Assembly (NCBI GenBank): GCA_963827655.1
Contig: CAWHCF010000025.1
Coordinates: forward strand, 32,001 to 96,000
From: an uncultured Acidobacteriota bacterium
GTDB taxonomy: Bacteria; Acidobacteriota; UBA6911
Direction of reading: 5' to 3'
Length of the DNA: 64,000 nt
The position numbers and the translations under genes were made by a program. The notes below the pieces were generated by a model. That model was not told where the DNA came from. It saw only the letters and a list, made by a program, of their open reading frames with translations, and did no database searches. Below are positions 10,072-20,219 of this stretch, one piece after another. How positions within the stretch are numbered: position 1 is the first letter of the stretch; each line of letters starts with the position of its first letter.

Positions 10072-11385
10072 TTATGAGCTTGCATTTAAAGCCTGATGAA
10101 GGACCCGTCCGCCGAATCCTTCGGATGAAACTCCGACGAGCCGCGCCAGTGTAGCAACCAGATCCTGCGAAGTCACGGACTCCCGGATGGTATGATCTTT
10201 TCGAATCGCCGGCCCCAACAGGAGCCCGGCTCTCGATCCTTCGAGATAAATCAGAAAATAAGTCGAATCTCTGTATCTTGGATTCTTGCGTGTCTCGAGC
10301 CAGACATAGTAGGTCAGGACGTCGGCGTCCTGCAGCGACTCGCCGGCATCCTCGGGCTCGAGCCCTTGCGACCCGGGCCCGAAAGGATCGAGCTGGCGCA
10401 GAGGAACGAAACGCCGGCGCGCGCCGAAGCGAACCACCAGCAGATCGGGTTCTACGCGGCGCAAGGCCTGGAGCGCGGTCCACTCCGCGAACGAATTATT
10501 GATGACCAGCGCGCCGCTGCCGCTGACGATTACCTGCTCGATGAATTTCCGGATCCTCAGGTCGTCGTAATCCGGCAGTCCAAGTTCGTCCATCTTGAAG
10601 TCGGTCATCTTCGCGTAAAGGGCCTCGGGGCCGGTCACTCCGGCGAGCATTTCGTCGGCCATCTTGCGCGTCACGCGCTCCATCACAGGCTTGAGGTGCT
10701 CGAAGCTGAACCAGGTCGGAGCGTGATCGGCGTTGCCGGGTTTCAGCTCGGTTCCCGTTTCGATAGCCCAGGTCCTGATTTGAGGCATTCCCAGATGCTT
10801 GCGGAAGAGCGTGAAAAGCGGCGCACACGCGAACCGATCGCCGGGTTCTCCATCGATCCTGGCGAAGAGCGTCCCGAGCGGCTGCAAATGATTCCAAAAG
10901 TAACTGAGGTAGCGCTGGTCGGAATCTTCGACCGTCTGGGCCCGCCCGGTTCCTTCACCGAGAATCGCCATAACCAGTTTGGGCCTGGACGAGCGCTGGC
11001 TTTCGAAACCTGCGGTCAGGATCTGGAAAACGTCGTCCACCGCGAGCCGCCAGGTCTGGTAGGTTCCATTTTTCTTGAAGTGACGCAGGCACCGCTCCAG
11101 CAGTTTTTCTTCATCGAAAAGAAGGTCCAGGTCGCCGAGCTCCGGCAATTGAATCGCCTCGATGTTCTTGAAGAGGCCCTGGCGCTGTTCGGCTGTCTGC
11201 CGCGCCAACGCGCTTATCATCCAGGTGAGGGATTCACGTTCGGGCGGGAAAAGGCCCTCCCATGAACGCAACTGGCGGATCAGAAGCGGCCGGAATGCCG
11301 ATGGGCTTTCGACGAGAAGCTGGCGATGATTCTCGATCAGAAGTCGAGCTTCTCGAGCGAATGACTGAAGTTTATCGGTGAACAT
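10072..11385 (-). CDS. Hypothetical protein, possibly a degenerate alkaline-phosphatase-superfamily C-terminus
   Basis: Long ORF closely linked to the upstream gene; C-terminal LLLGPAIRK...DLVATLARLVGV...GGRVL resembles AP/sulfatase C-termini. Confidence 0.7.
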   Translation of the reverse strand: MFTDKLQSFAREARLLIENHRQLLVESPSAFRPLLIRQLRSWEGLFPPERESLTWMISALARQTAEQRQGLFKNIEAIQLPELGDLDLLFDEEKLLERCLRHFKKNGTYQTWRLAVDDVFQILTAGFESQRSSRPKLVMAILGEGTGRAQTVEDSDQRYLSYFWNHLQPLGTLFARIDGEPGDRFACAPLFTLFRKHLGMPQIRTWAIETGTELKPGNADHAPTWFSFEHLKPVMERVTRKMADEMLAGVTGPEALYAKMTDFKMDELGLPDYDDLRIRKFIEQVIVSGSGALVINNSFAEWTALQALRRVEPDLLVVRFGARRRFVPLRQLDPFGPGSQGLEPEDAGESLQDADVLTYYVWLETRKNPRYRDSTYFLIYLEGSRAGLLLGPAIRKDHTIRESVTSQDLVATLARLVGVSSEGFGGRVLHQALNASS

Positions 11386-11389
11386 CGCC

Positions 11390-12621
11390 TCAACCAACTA
11401 TTTCGCGCAGAAGATTCCCTTCGGCGTGATCTGCCCGGAATCCCAGCCAGGATGCCACAGTAGGCGCGACATCCAGATGGGTAACGCGGCGCTCGACGGT
11501 CTGTCCCTTCGGAATTCCCGGGCCGACGGCCAGGAGACCGACGCGCCGTCAGCCGTCGTCCCCGCCGCGATGATGCTGAAATCCGTTCATTCCCAGCCCG
11601 TCCAGATTGCGGCCGTGATCGGGCACGATCACCAGTACGGTTTTTTCCCTGTAGGCCGGGAGCTCTTGAATGTGCCGCCACAGGGCGGACACCTGTTTGT
11701 CGGCATTCCGGATTGCTTTGAGATAAAGCGAGAAAGAACCCTGGTGGGCAACATCGATCTCGCCGAAATTCACCACCAGAAGCGAGGGAGCAAACCTGGT
11801 CATGATCTCCCGGGCCACAAAGCAATTCAGGGCATCGCCGCTGCGTGGATTGTCCGACTCGGCCAGGAAACGAGCCACGGCCTCCGCCAGAAACCTCTCA
11901 GTCTCGGCGACGAATCGGCGCTGAACCGGAGCAGGAGCAGGCAACTCGGACGGACGCGGAGCCGCATTCCCGGACGGATCGGCCGCCGGAACTTCGGGGA
12001 GCCGCTCGAAGCCGGTATCGGCGGCTTCGGATCCGCCATAAGTGGCGCGCAGACTGCGCTCCAGCTCCCGAATCAGTTTCTTGCGATCACGGAAAACCGT
12101 TTCCTCGTCCTCCCGCAGCAGCTGGCGGAAAGTGCCGATCAGCATCTGGCGGGGCGCCAGGACGTGGCCGCCGTAAGCCGGGCCATAATTCCGTTCCATG
12201 CTATGACCGGCAGTCAGGAAACCTTTTCCCTGAGCGACCAGCCAGGCGTCCTCGGCAGCCGGCCGAGCTGTTTGCGGAAGTACTCGAAAATCGTGGGATG
12301 CGTGGGACGCTCGCCGCCATACTGGGCGATGTTTTGCCAGCGTCCGGTCAGAACCGCAGCGGTGCTGGGGTAGTGCGTCGTCTCTGCGTCATTGTAGACG
12401 CGCGAGTAGAAGGTCCCGAGAGGAAAGAGTTCATTGCGCAGAAGCGGAATGTTGGCCTGCCCTTGAGGGCCGAAGCTCTCGGCGTAACGGGTTCCGCCGC
12501 CGAAGCCGACGAGGACGACTTTGCGTGAAGGTTGTTCTTTGTTGCCTGGAGTCGGAATGGCGCCTGCGGCAGCGCCGGCAAACTGCACTCCCGCAAGATA
12601 GAGAAACTTACGGCGTTGCAT
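11390..12621 (-). CDS. Tat-exported alkaline-phosphatase/sulfatase-superfamily protein, two frameshifts (~12220, ~11550)
   Basis: MQRRKFL Tat motif, THYPSTAAVLTG, EIDVAH, VPDHGR, and a third-frame tail LLAVGPGIPKG...LDVAPTVASWLG ending at TGA 11390. Confidence 0.7.
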
Positions 12622-12684
12622 GGGCCCTCGCTTAGGGGATGATGAAACCTCACGCATAGCGCTGGCCAGTTCGGCGCCGACCCG

Positions 12685-12714
12685 ACGATACGTCGCACTT
12701 AGGCAAGATGTCAA
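12685..12714 (-). promoter_or_regulatory. Putative sigma70 promoter for the leftward gene cluster
   Basis: TTGACA-18 nt-TATCGT on the minus strand, upstream of ATG 12621. Confidence 0.4.
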
Positions 12715-12820
12715 CCGCTTTTTCCGCGCGAAACTCGGTGGCTGCAGCCCAGATTGTGGCAACACACTTTGTCTTTTCGTTCACCTAAACGTGTATTTGG
12801 AGCCTGTCGCCGATTTTCGA

Positions 12821-13290
12821 CCACGTGCACGTGCACGTCAACGTCCACGAAGACGTCCAGGACTTGCGTGACGCATTAGAATTTCATCATTTTGGTCAGC
12901 ATCGACACACAATGAGTTCGATGAGCTGACTGCCTTGTTCCAAGATGACGGAAGCTAAGTGCTGCATTGATTTTACGAGGACGGCCACGTGCACGTGCAC
13001 GTCAACGTCCACGAATACGTCCAGGACTTGCGTGACGCATTAGAATTCATCATTTTGGTCAGCATCGACACACGATGAGTTCGACGAGCTGACTCCCTTC
13101 TTCCAAGGTGACGGGAACCTAAGTGCTATTGATTTTACAAGGACGACTACGTGCACGTGCACGTCAACGTCCACGAATACGTCCAGGCTAGCGACGTGCG
13201 CTCAGAATTTGATCATTCTCGTCAGCATCGACACGATGCGTTCAAGGAGTTGACTCCCTTCTTCCAGAGTGGTCGGATCACCCAACCTCA
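12821..13290. repeat. Tandem ~163-bp repeats: 41-bp CACGTG-rich unit plus the 3' end of the four-helix-bundle gene
   Basis: Units start at 12821, 12985 and 13147 with C(C/T)ACGTGCACGTGCACGTCAACGTCCACGAA(G/T)ACGTCCAGG. The third unit runs into the intact gene. Confidence 0.9.
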
Positions 13291-13543
13291 GCACGTTGCA
13301 GGCATCAAGGACTGCTCCACACTCCATGGCTGAGCCTCTGGCAATGCCGAAATATCGCGATCTGTCGGCCTCTTTGGGTTTTCCGACTCCTTCAGCGATA
13401 TTTTGAGGTATCGACACGGCTGCGCGTTTTAGTTCATCAGCCAGGAACGAGTATCCGCGAGGTATTTTTTGAACGATCCTGGCTACGAGGGCGAGAAACT
13501 GAATGGCACACTGATATACGTCTAGTTTCTTATAGCTGAGCAT
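13202..13543 (-). CDS. Four-helix-bundle protein (23S rRNA intervening-sequence / Avd-like family)
   Basis: YKKLDVYQ...LADELKRAAVSIPQNIAEG...YFGIARGSAMEC family motifs; AGGAGG RBS. Confidence 0.92.
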   Translation of the reverse strand: MLSYKKLDVYQCAIQFLALVARIVQKIPRGYSFLADELKRAAVSIPQNIAEGVGKPKEADRSRYFGIARGSAMECGAVLDACNVLRLGDPTTLEEGSQLLERIVSMLTRMIKF

Positions 13544-13606
13544 TCTTTCGCCTCCTGATGTACCTAACTGGCCGGAAGCGATTTTTGCGAACTATTCTAT
13601 GACTGA

Positions 13607-13658
13607 ACGTGGACCTGGGCGTGGTCGTTGACGTGCACGTGCGCGTGGTCGTGATCGG
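13607..13658. repeat. Inverted copy of the CACGTG-rich unit upstream of the four-helix-bundle gene
   Basis: Reverse complement CCGATCACGACCACGCGCACGTGCACGTCAACGACCACG matches 12810-12849 (CCGATTTTCGACCACGTGCACGTGCACGTCAACGTCCACG). Confidence 0.85.
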
Positions 13659-13877
13659 TTTTTTTCTTTGCCCGGTCGACTGTCACCGAATCCTCCCACT
13701 GCCGCACCGTCGCTGCTAGCAAAGTCGTGCTCGATATGACGTAACGTGGCGTGGTGTGATCGGCTGTTTCTTCACCGGTGGCTGTCCCGAACTCGTCTGC
13801 TAGCCAGTCATGCTCGATATATCAGATCGGTCATTTCACCCCTCCCACGTCTTCGGGGTTTTGAAAGGAAGGTCCTG

Positions 13878-16709
13878 ATGCTCGTCGTGCTTCTGGTTCT
13901 GGCTTCCCTGGCTATCACCCTCCTGAACCAGGCTCCGGTCCAGCCGGCTCGGACGCCCGCCCCCGTTGAGGATGGCACCGTCACCCTGCGAATTATCTTC
14001 GGGCAACAGCAGATTGCCGAGCGCAACTATGACGGGAGTCTCGCGGTCTCCCAGGGTTCTGTGGTGCGCCTGACGCCGTTCCGCTTCTTTCGCGACGATG
14101 CCCTGGCCGGGTCTGACTCCTGGCGCCTGACCCTCAAGCGAGTTCCATTCGAAAGTCGAAGTGGCCGACCTAACAGCCTCGCCAGCGGCGGCCCCGCGCA
14201 GAACATCGTTCCCGCCGGAATTACGGCGACCCTGGCCTCAACCGCCGACACAACGCGCGTCACGGTTCGCACGACCCAGGGAAACTTCGAATTCAGCCTT
14301 CGAGACCTCGGCGCGCGCGCGCTTGATTTCCTTGATGGAGATGTCTCGGTTGAACGGGTTCCCAGCGTCATCAAAATGAACGATCCGGGGACTGAAGAGC
14401 AAAACGACTATCCATCATTCCTGGAATCACGGCGAGGCGAGAAATGGTTCGCCTGGCAAGCCTACAAGGATCGAGGCGACCACATCTACGTGCGCCGCGC
14501 CTCCAAGGCCGGCTGGTCTCCCGTGGAACGCCTTACCGACGAGAAAGGAGATCTGCTGCGAACCGCGCTGGCAGAGGATACCGCGGGAGCGATCCATCTG
14601 GTGTGGAGCGAGCGTCGAGGCGAAGACTGGAACCTCGTGGAACGCCGCTTCGATGGAAAAACCTGGTCGGCGAAATCTGGGGTCACGTCCGGCGCCGGCA
14701 CTAATATCCACCATCGCCTCGCTTCGGACGCGCAGGGCAATCTCCATCTGGTGTGGGTCGGGCACAAGGGTGGAAAATCGTTCGTCGCGCATGCCAGATT
14801 CAGTTCGTCCGGGTGGTCGCAGCCTCAGGATGTGAGTGGACCTGGCGCCTGGTCGCCGGATCTGGGTGTCGACCGCTCAGGGAATGTTTACGTCGCGTGG
14901 GACAGTTATCGCTCCGGCAATTATGACATCTATCTTCGCCGGATCGCTGCGGGCGGTGAGTTGGGCCCGATCGAGCAGGTGACAAAGTCTCCGCGATTTC
15001 AGGCGCACCCGAGCGTCGCTCTCGATAACCTCGATCGGCCATGGCTCGCCTGGGACGAGACCGGCACAAATTGGGGCAAGGACTGGACTCATGAAAACCA
15101 GAATCGAAGCACGGTTCTCTACACCGACCGTAAAGTGGTTCTGGCGGTTCAGGACGGAGGAGAATGGAAACAGCCGAGGGCCGATCCGAATGCATCGGTT
15201 CCAGCCTACTTGCGCCGTTATGTCCACCTGCCGCGCATTCGATTTGATGCAGGAGGGCGTCTCTGGCTCATGGTTCAAAGCCGGACCTTCGTCGGAAACA
15301 ATCGGGAGGATTACTGGGCTGCGAATGCCCGGTGGGACGCATTCGTCACCTCACTCAGCGGAGACAGCTGGCGCCCTGCCATCATGCTTCCTGAGAGCAC
15401 CTGCCGGCTGGAGGGTCCCTTCGATCTCGTTCCCGCGGCGAGCGGAGGCATGAATCTCTTCTGGGCCACCGACAATCGTCCTTTCACGGGAACCGGCGGA
15501 TTCGCCGCAGCCACAGCCGGACAGTACGAAGTCTACTCCAGTCACTCCCGCGAGGACACTGTGCCCAGGGAGCCCCTTTTCGACAAGTTCAGCGAGGCGC
15601 TCGCCGTCCCGGTCCTCGCCCATCCAGACGAGAACGGCGCCGTCGGGCGCGTGCGCAACTACCGCGTGCGCGCTGAAGGGAGGGAGCTGCGCATCCTTCG
15701 AGGCGATTTTCACAGGCACACCGATATCTCCAACGACGGAGCAGGCGACGGCTCGGTGGAAGATTATTTCCGCTACATGATTGACGCGGCCCAGATGGAC
15801 ACCGGCATTATCGGAGACCACAACATGGGGGGCGACATCGAGTACAACTGGTGGCGCACCGAGAAGGCTTGCGATACCTACCATATTCGCGAAGGTTACG
15901 TCCCGCTCTTCGGGTACGAGCGCAGCGTGGCTTATCCGAACGGGCACCGCAACATTGTCTTTGATCATCGAGGCGTTCGTACGCTCCCCGTATCGCCCGA
16001 GGAGAATCAGGGCAAGATCAACACCGGTCCGGTGCTTTATCCTTATTTAAGACAGAACCGAGGGATCTGCATGGAGCACTCGCTCGCTACCGGCCAGGGG
16101 ACCGACTGGCGCGACAATGATCCCGAGCTGGAGCCGCTGGTCGAGCTCTACCAGGGGTACCACGCCAATTACGAATACGAGGGCGCTCCTTTGGCCGAAA
16201 CCCCAAATTACCTGGTGAGCATTCACGGCGCCTACAGGCCCGCCGGGTTCTTCTGGAACGCCCTGGCCAAGGGACTGAAGCTGGGCGTTCAGGCCAGCTC
16301 GGATCACATCTCCACCCACACCTCCTACGCGATGATTCTCACTCCTTCGAGCCGGCGGGCCGATATTGTGCAGTCGATGAGGGAGCGGCATGCCTATGCG
16401 GCTACCGACAATATCATCCTCGATTTCCAGGCGCTCGACGGTGACCGGACCCACATCATGGGAGATATTTTCGAGACTCGCACCAGGAAGGTGCAGTTCA
16501 AGATCCGCATCGTGGGGACCGACACCATCACCCGGATGGACATCATCAAGAACAATACGATTGCATTTACCAGGCAGGGCGACGGCAGTGAGATGACGGT
16601 GGATTATGCGGATACTTCCCCGCGCCCGGGCGAGAACTATTACTACGTCCGGGTCCAGCAGATCGATCGCAATCTGGCGTGGTCCAGCCCGATCTGGGTC
16701 AAGTATTGA
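13878..16709 (+). CDS. Secreted protein with repeat (propeller-like) region and C-terminal PHP-like metallohydrolase (DUF3604/CehA-McbA-like)
   Basis: RBS and signal peptide; repeats such as WDSYRSGNYDIY; metal motifs GDFHRHT, DHN, GYE...NGHRN and SSDH. Confidence 0.8.
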   Translation: MLVVLLVLASLAITLLNQAPVQPARTPAPVEDGTVTLRIIFGQQQIAERNYDGSLAVSQGSVVRLTPFRFFRDDALAGSDSWRLTLKRVPFESRSGRPNSLASGGPAQNIVPAGITATLASTADTTRVTVRTTQGNFEFSLRDLGARALDFLDGDVSVERVPSVIKMNDPGTEEQNDYPSFLESRRGEKWFAWQAYKDRGDHIYVRRASKAGWSPVERLTDEKGDLLRTALAEDTAGAIHLVWSERRGEDWNLVERRFDGKTWSAKSGVTSGAGTNIHHRLASDAQGNLHLVWVGHKGGKSFVAHARFSSSGWSQPQDVSGPGAWSPDLGVDRSGNVYVAWDSYRSGNYDIYLRRIAAGGELGPIEQVTKSPRFQAHPSVALDNLDRPWLAWDETGTNWGKDWTHENQNRSTVLYTDRKVVLAVQDGGEWKQPRADPNASVPAYLRRYVHLPRIRFDAGGRLWLMVQSRTFVGNNREDYWAANARWDAFVTSLSGDSWRPAIMLPESTCRLEGPFDLVPAASGGMNLFWATDNRPFTGTGGFAAATAGQYEVYSSHSREDTVPREPLFDKFSEALAVPVLAHPDENGAVGRVRNYRVRAEGRELRILRGDFHRHTDISNDGAGDGSVEDYFRYMIDAAQMDTGIIGDHNMGGDIEYNWWRTEKACDTYHIREGYVPLFGYERSVAYPNGHRNIVFDHRGVRTLPVSPEENQGKINTGPVLYPYLRQNRGICMEHSLATGQGTDWRDNDPELEPLVELYQGYHANYEYEGAPLAETPNYLVSIHGAYRPAGFFWNALAKGLKLGVQASSDHISTHTSYAMILTPSSRRADIVQSMRERHAYAATDNIILDFQALDGDRTHIMGDIFETRTRKVQFKIRIVGTDTITRMDIIKNNTIAFTRQGDGSEMTVDYADTSPRPGENYYYVRVQQIDRNLAWSSPIWVKY

Positions 16710-16720
16710 CCTTTGGAGTG

Positions 16721-16855
16721 CTTCGAAATGATCAATGACCAGATGACAAATGATCAATGAATCGGACTGCTCGCTCGCCCGGAATTTGTCATCTCTCATC
16801 GATCATTGGTCATATATTCATTTGTCATTCTTGGAATTAGTGACCTTGCCGAGAC
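16721..16855. repeat. Inverted copy of the 50-207 heptamer palindromic element
   Basis: CTTCGAAATGATCAATGACC...TCATTTGTCATTCTTGGAATTAGTGACCTTGCCGAGAC. Confidence 0.85.
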
Positions 16856-17745
16856 TTTCGTCGACTTCTTTTGAAGTCCGGGTATTCTCGGGGAGCCATA
16901 AGGGCAAGCTTGCTCTGAACCTGAAACGAATTTTGCATTGGTCCAGAATCGAAAAGGTTACACCAGGTCGCGCCTTGTAAAGGGTGAAAAAGAACTAGCC
17001 CACAACCGAAGAATCGCCAGAGGTGAGAGCGGTGCAGATAATATTGCAGCACACTTTTAAGGGATTCCAAGCCATAACGCACGCTGCGTCGGAAATTGAT
17101 GCTGGAGGCTTCACTGAAGTATCGCGCCGGGGCCGGAATGTCGCCGAACCGGAATCCAAAGGCGGCGGCTTGGACGAGAAATTGGCAGTCAAAAACGAAA
17201 TCTTCCGAATTGCGTTGCCAAGGAATTTTCTCTAGGACTTCGCGCGTGTAAGCGCGTAATCCACTATGCCATTCCCCCAGGTTCTGTCCCATGGAAATAT
17301 TTTCCACGGCCGTTAAAAAGCGATTGAACAAATACTTATAAGCCGGCATGCCACCATCCAGCGCTTCACGACGGGTACGAATTCGATTGCCCAAAACGAC
17401 ATCACAGATATCATCCTTCAGCAACCCGGTCATGTAGGGTACAAGCCGAGCATCGTATTGGTAGTCCGGATGGAGCATCACCACGATATCGGCTCCCGCA
17501 TCGAGCGCCGCCTGATAGCATGTTTTTTGATTTCCGCCGTATCCACGATTTTTGTCATGTCGAATGACTTTTAGACCTAAACGTTTTGCAACTTCAACGG
17601 TTTCGTCCCTGGAATAGTCATCGACCAAAATAATTTCATCCACAGAGCCGTGCGGAATATCCGCGACAGTTCTTTCGACTGTTTTCGCCGCGTTGTACGC
17701 CGGCATCACGGCGATGACCTTGGGAGTTACTTTAACTGCTGCCAT
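16837..17745 (-). CDS. Glycosyltransferase family 2 (polyprenol-phosphate glycosyltransferase, DPM1-like)
   Basis: [26 protein letters not shown] and HPDYQY motifs. The true end may be ~16995 if a 1-nt indel exists after LWR. Confidence 0.9.
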   Translation of the reverse strand: MAAVKVTPKVIAVMPAYNAAKTVERTVADIPHGSVDEIILVDDYSRDETVEVAKRLGLKVIRHDKNRGYGGNQKTCYQAALDAGADIVVMLHPDYQYDARLVPYMTGLLKDDICDVVLGNRIRTRREALDGGMPAYKYLFNRFLTAVENISMGQNLGEWHSGLRAYTREVLEKIPWQRNSEDFVFDCQFLVQAAAFGFRFGDIPAPARYFSEASSINFRRSVRYGLESLKSVLQYYLHRSHLWRFFGCGLVLFHPLQGATWCNLFDSGPMQNSFQVQSKLALMAPREYPDFKRSRRKSRQGH

Positions 17746-18169
17746 TCTAATCCGTTTTACTTGATTTCCAACATTACTATAACGGTCATCGAACGCATTC
17801 CGGGCTGGACGGACGCACGCCGGAACCGAGCCTTGACGCAGGTCGCTCACCTGCAAGTTTCAGGTCATATCGATGGCAGCAGCATTGTCGCGGACTCAAT
17901 CAAACGCCAATAGCGGCATGAAGCTCCGCATTGGTGAGCGTTAGGCAAGCGAATAAGACTGAGCAATGGCTCAGCGCGTCAGACGAAAGTTAGCCTTTGA
18001 ATAGCCCGGTTTGAATTTGGTTGCCGCGCTTGAAGATCAGAAAATTGAAGGATTGCGACAATTCGTCCTGGACGCGTGGATGATGACCGCAAATTCGGAA
18101 TTCGCCAGGAACAGGCTCGGCACTGACACAAGGCGCTTGCCGTCCGGGCTGTAGGCGACGTACGGACCT

Positions 18170-18250
18170 CGCTTCCATGTCGCAGTGGTTCGCCCATAGC
18201 CTTACCATTCTCGACATCCCAGAGCTGCACGGTCTGCTGTATCCTCGCAA
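18170..18250 (-). pseudogene. Single WD40-repeat remnant
   Basis: Translates as TVQLWDVENGKAMGEPLRHGSEVR; no full gene present. Confidence 0.55.
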
Positions 18251-18277
18251 ACATCTCCACGGTATTGGCTTCACTGC

Positions 18278-18549
18278 ATGCCACTCACTTCCACACTCTT
18301 CCGGATCATCGTCCACTTCCTGGTCAGCCTCGTCTGGTTCGATGGCGTGGCAGCAGGAAAAGGATCCAGCCCCACCGAAGGCAAACCCGCCAAACCCTGG
18401 CATCGTGGCGGCCAGTTCTTCAAACGAATGATCAAGAACCCACTCCAACCACCATCTTCGGCCTGGTCGTGCTGCTGGTCGTATTACGTCTTCTAATCGG
18501 TCTGTTACCGCTGCTCCTGTTCCTGCTGGCAACCTTGATATTCCGATAG
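18278..18549 (+). CDS. Small membrane protein, frameshifted (~18450)
   Basis: ORF 18278-18496 and the hydrophobic tail of ORF 18265-18549 join into a ~90-aa protein with two hydrophobic segments. Confidence 0.35.
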
Positions 18550-18554
18550 CATTA

Positions 18555-20192
18555 TCATGGTATTCGCTTCTCTAGATCAAACACCCGCACACCTTCAATG
18601 TTAATAGGCACTTCCCGATACTGCTGCATGAGCTGTTGCAATTCAGGTTGTGCTTTCCATTCGTCCATTAAGGTGACAATGAAGTAACGTACCTTGACCT
18701 TAGATAACATCTGCTCCAATCGCTCCGCTGCACCAAACACCCGTCCCCCTGGCAATCCCTCGTACCACAAATCCAGTTGCTTCGGCCACCACTGGGCATG
18801 CAGCCCGCTGAAGTAGCGCAGCGGCATCGCATAGTCGTTGGTAAGGGCGATGACGTGCGTGCCGATGCCCAGTTGCTGACCAAGAGATCGACACAGTTGT
18901 TCTTGCGGACGATAAGGGGAGGCTGACAAATAGGGCGAGTAATCATTGCCTGCACGGTGCCAGACGAAACCAAGGTTGGCGAGTAGAAAAGTGGCAAGAG
19001 CTGACGTTACGAGTGCAGCAGACCGGGTACGTTGCATTGAAAAGCGTCTCCATTCCCTGTTCATTTCCTTGTAATTCGATGCATCCTTGTGTGGATACTT
19101 CACTCTCAGAATGGTGTTGTAACACTTCGAAAGCCTACCCCACGCCAGTGCTGTTAAGGGAAAGAACACCAGCAAGTAGTAGTCATGGGTCATGCAGGCA
19201 TAGTTGAATACTGCGAGATAACAAAGACAACCCATAAGAAGAATGATCTCACGAGAATTGCCTCGCCAGGCTTCCCGAAGCGTTACAAAGAGAAGCAACA
19301 AGACAGGCAGCCAGCCTATTACCGACATCAGTTGCAAGCAGGTATCCCGATACCAAGCACTACTGAACAGCAGAAACCATTTCCACTGGTGCGTTTCATT
19401 AGTTGTCATGATGAACTTCATCCAGAGCACACTGGGTATCAGAGTCAGGAAAGGCACAAGGTAAACCCAGGGTGAGTGCAACGTCTTTCGCCAACCGTGT
19501 CGATACACTGATTCGGCAAGCAACACAAAACACCATGGTATCCAGGCCACGCCTGGCTTGAAGAGCAGGGCAGCGCCACAGAAGGCGCCAACAAATAGAC
19601 TTTGCTTGAAGCCAGCAACCACATCCCATCTGCCGATGCACCACCATGCCAGGATGAACCCAAGCAATACAACTGTTTCATGCTGATAGCTTCGATTGAG
19701 AACTAAGGTAAATGTGTGCAAAAGAAGAAAGCACGTTGCTGCAAATGCACCAGCAATCGAATGCAGATGCCGACGTGCCAGATCATAGAAAAAGCCAGTA
19801 GCGGTCATCCAGATCAGGCTCGTGAATAGCCCTGATACCCAGGGCATTTCACGATCAGTCAGCCTGTAGACCGATGCTGTCAAACACTCAACAACCGGTA
19901 GGCCTTTCCATCGCCCTTGATATCCGGACAGCCACGCTCTCTCTTCTGGTGTTGCACTGTTACCTTTGAACTTGAACCAGAGCGCTTGAGTATTCAGCGC
20001 ATTCTCATACTGCAACATCGGATGATACGGCATCGGCCACTGCGTCACGCCCTGCATCCGCCAGGCGAACGCAGCGGCAAAAAGTAGAAGCAGCGAGACG
20101 TAGGGCACCCTGTGCGTGCCTCTCCACATCTTGTGCCCAGCTTGATCAGCCATGTTGATGATCCTGCAATACCATACCATGATGGTTATCAT
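18555..20192 (-). CDS. Polytopic membrane glycosyltransferase (ArnT/PMT-like, GT-C fold)
   Basis: Many TM segments, LLFKPG and HDYYLL motifs, GT2 partner nearby. Start uncertain; visibly lower GC. Confidence 0.7.
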   Translation of the reverse strand: MITIMVWYCRIINMADQAGHKMWRGTHRVPYVSLLLLFAAAFAWRMQGVTQWPMPYHPMLQYENALNTQALWFKFKGNSATPEERAWLSGYQGRWKGLPVVECLTASVYRLTDREMPWVSGLFTSLIWMTATGFFYDLARRHLHSIAGAFAATCFLLLHTFTLVLNRSYQHETVVLLGFILAWWCIGRWDVVAGFKQSLFVGAFCGAALLFKPGVAWIPWCFVLLAESVYRHGWRKTLHSPWVYLVPFLTLIPSVLWMKFIMTTNETHQWKWFLLFSSAWYRDTCLQLMSVIGWLPVLLLLFVTLREAWRGNSREIILLMGCLCYLAVFNYACMTHDYYLLVFFPLTALAWGRLSKCYNTILRVKYPHKDASNYKEMNREWRRFSMQRTRSAALVTSALATFLLANLGFVWHRAGNDYSPYLSASPYRPQEQLCRSLGQQLGIGTHVIALTNDYAMPLRYFSGLHAQWWPKQLDLWYEGLPGGRVFGAAERLEQMLSKVKVRYFIVTLMDEWKAQPELQQLMQQYREVPINIEGVRVFDLEKRIP

Positions 20193-20219
20193 TCATTGCT
20201 TCCATCACTAATAGCGTCC

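Noticed and set aside
12821-13190. CRISPR array (41-bp repeat x3)
   Set aside because: The ~120-bp spacers are homologous to each other and to the adjacent gene, and no cas genes are present.
12821-13543. Diversity-generating retroelement (Avd-like gene plus TR/VR-like repeats)
   Set aside because: No reverse transcriptase in the window, and mismatches are not adenine-specific (e.g. CTT/GTC, CGC/CTC) and include indels.
16837-16995. Novel C-terminal extension of the GT2 protein
   Set aside because: It runs into non-coding repeat sequence; a single-base indel would give a normal end (…LWRSSVVG*) at 16995.
17900-17950. Integron attC site (GTTAGGC at 17940)
   Set aside because: No matching inverse core or L boxes, and no integrase.
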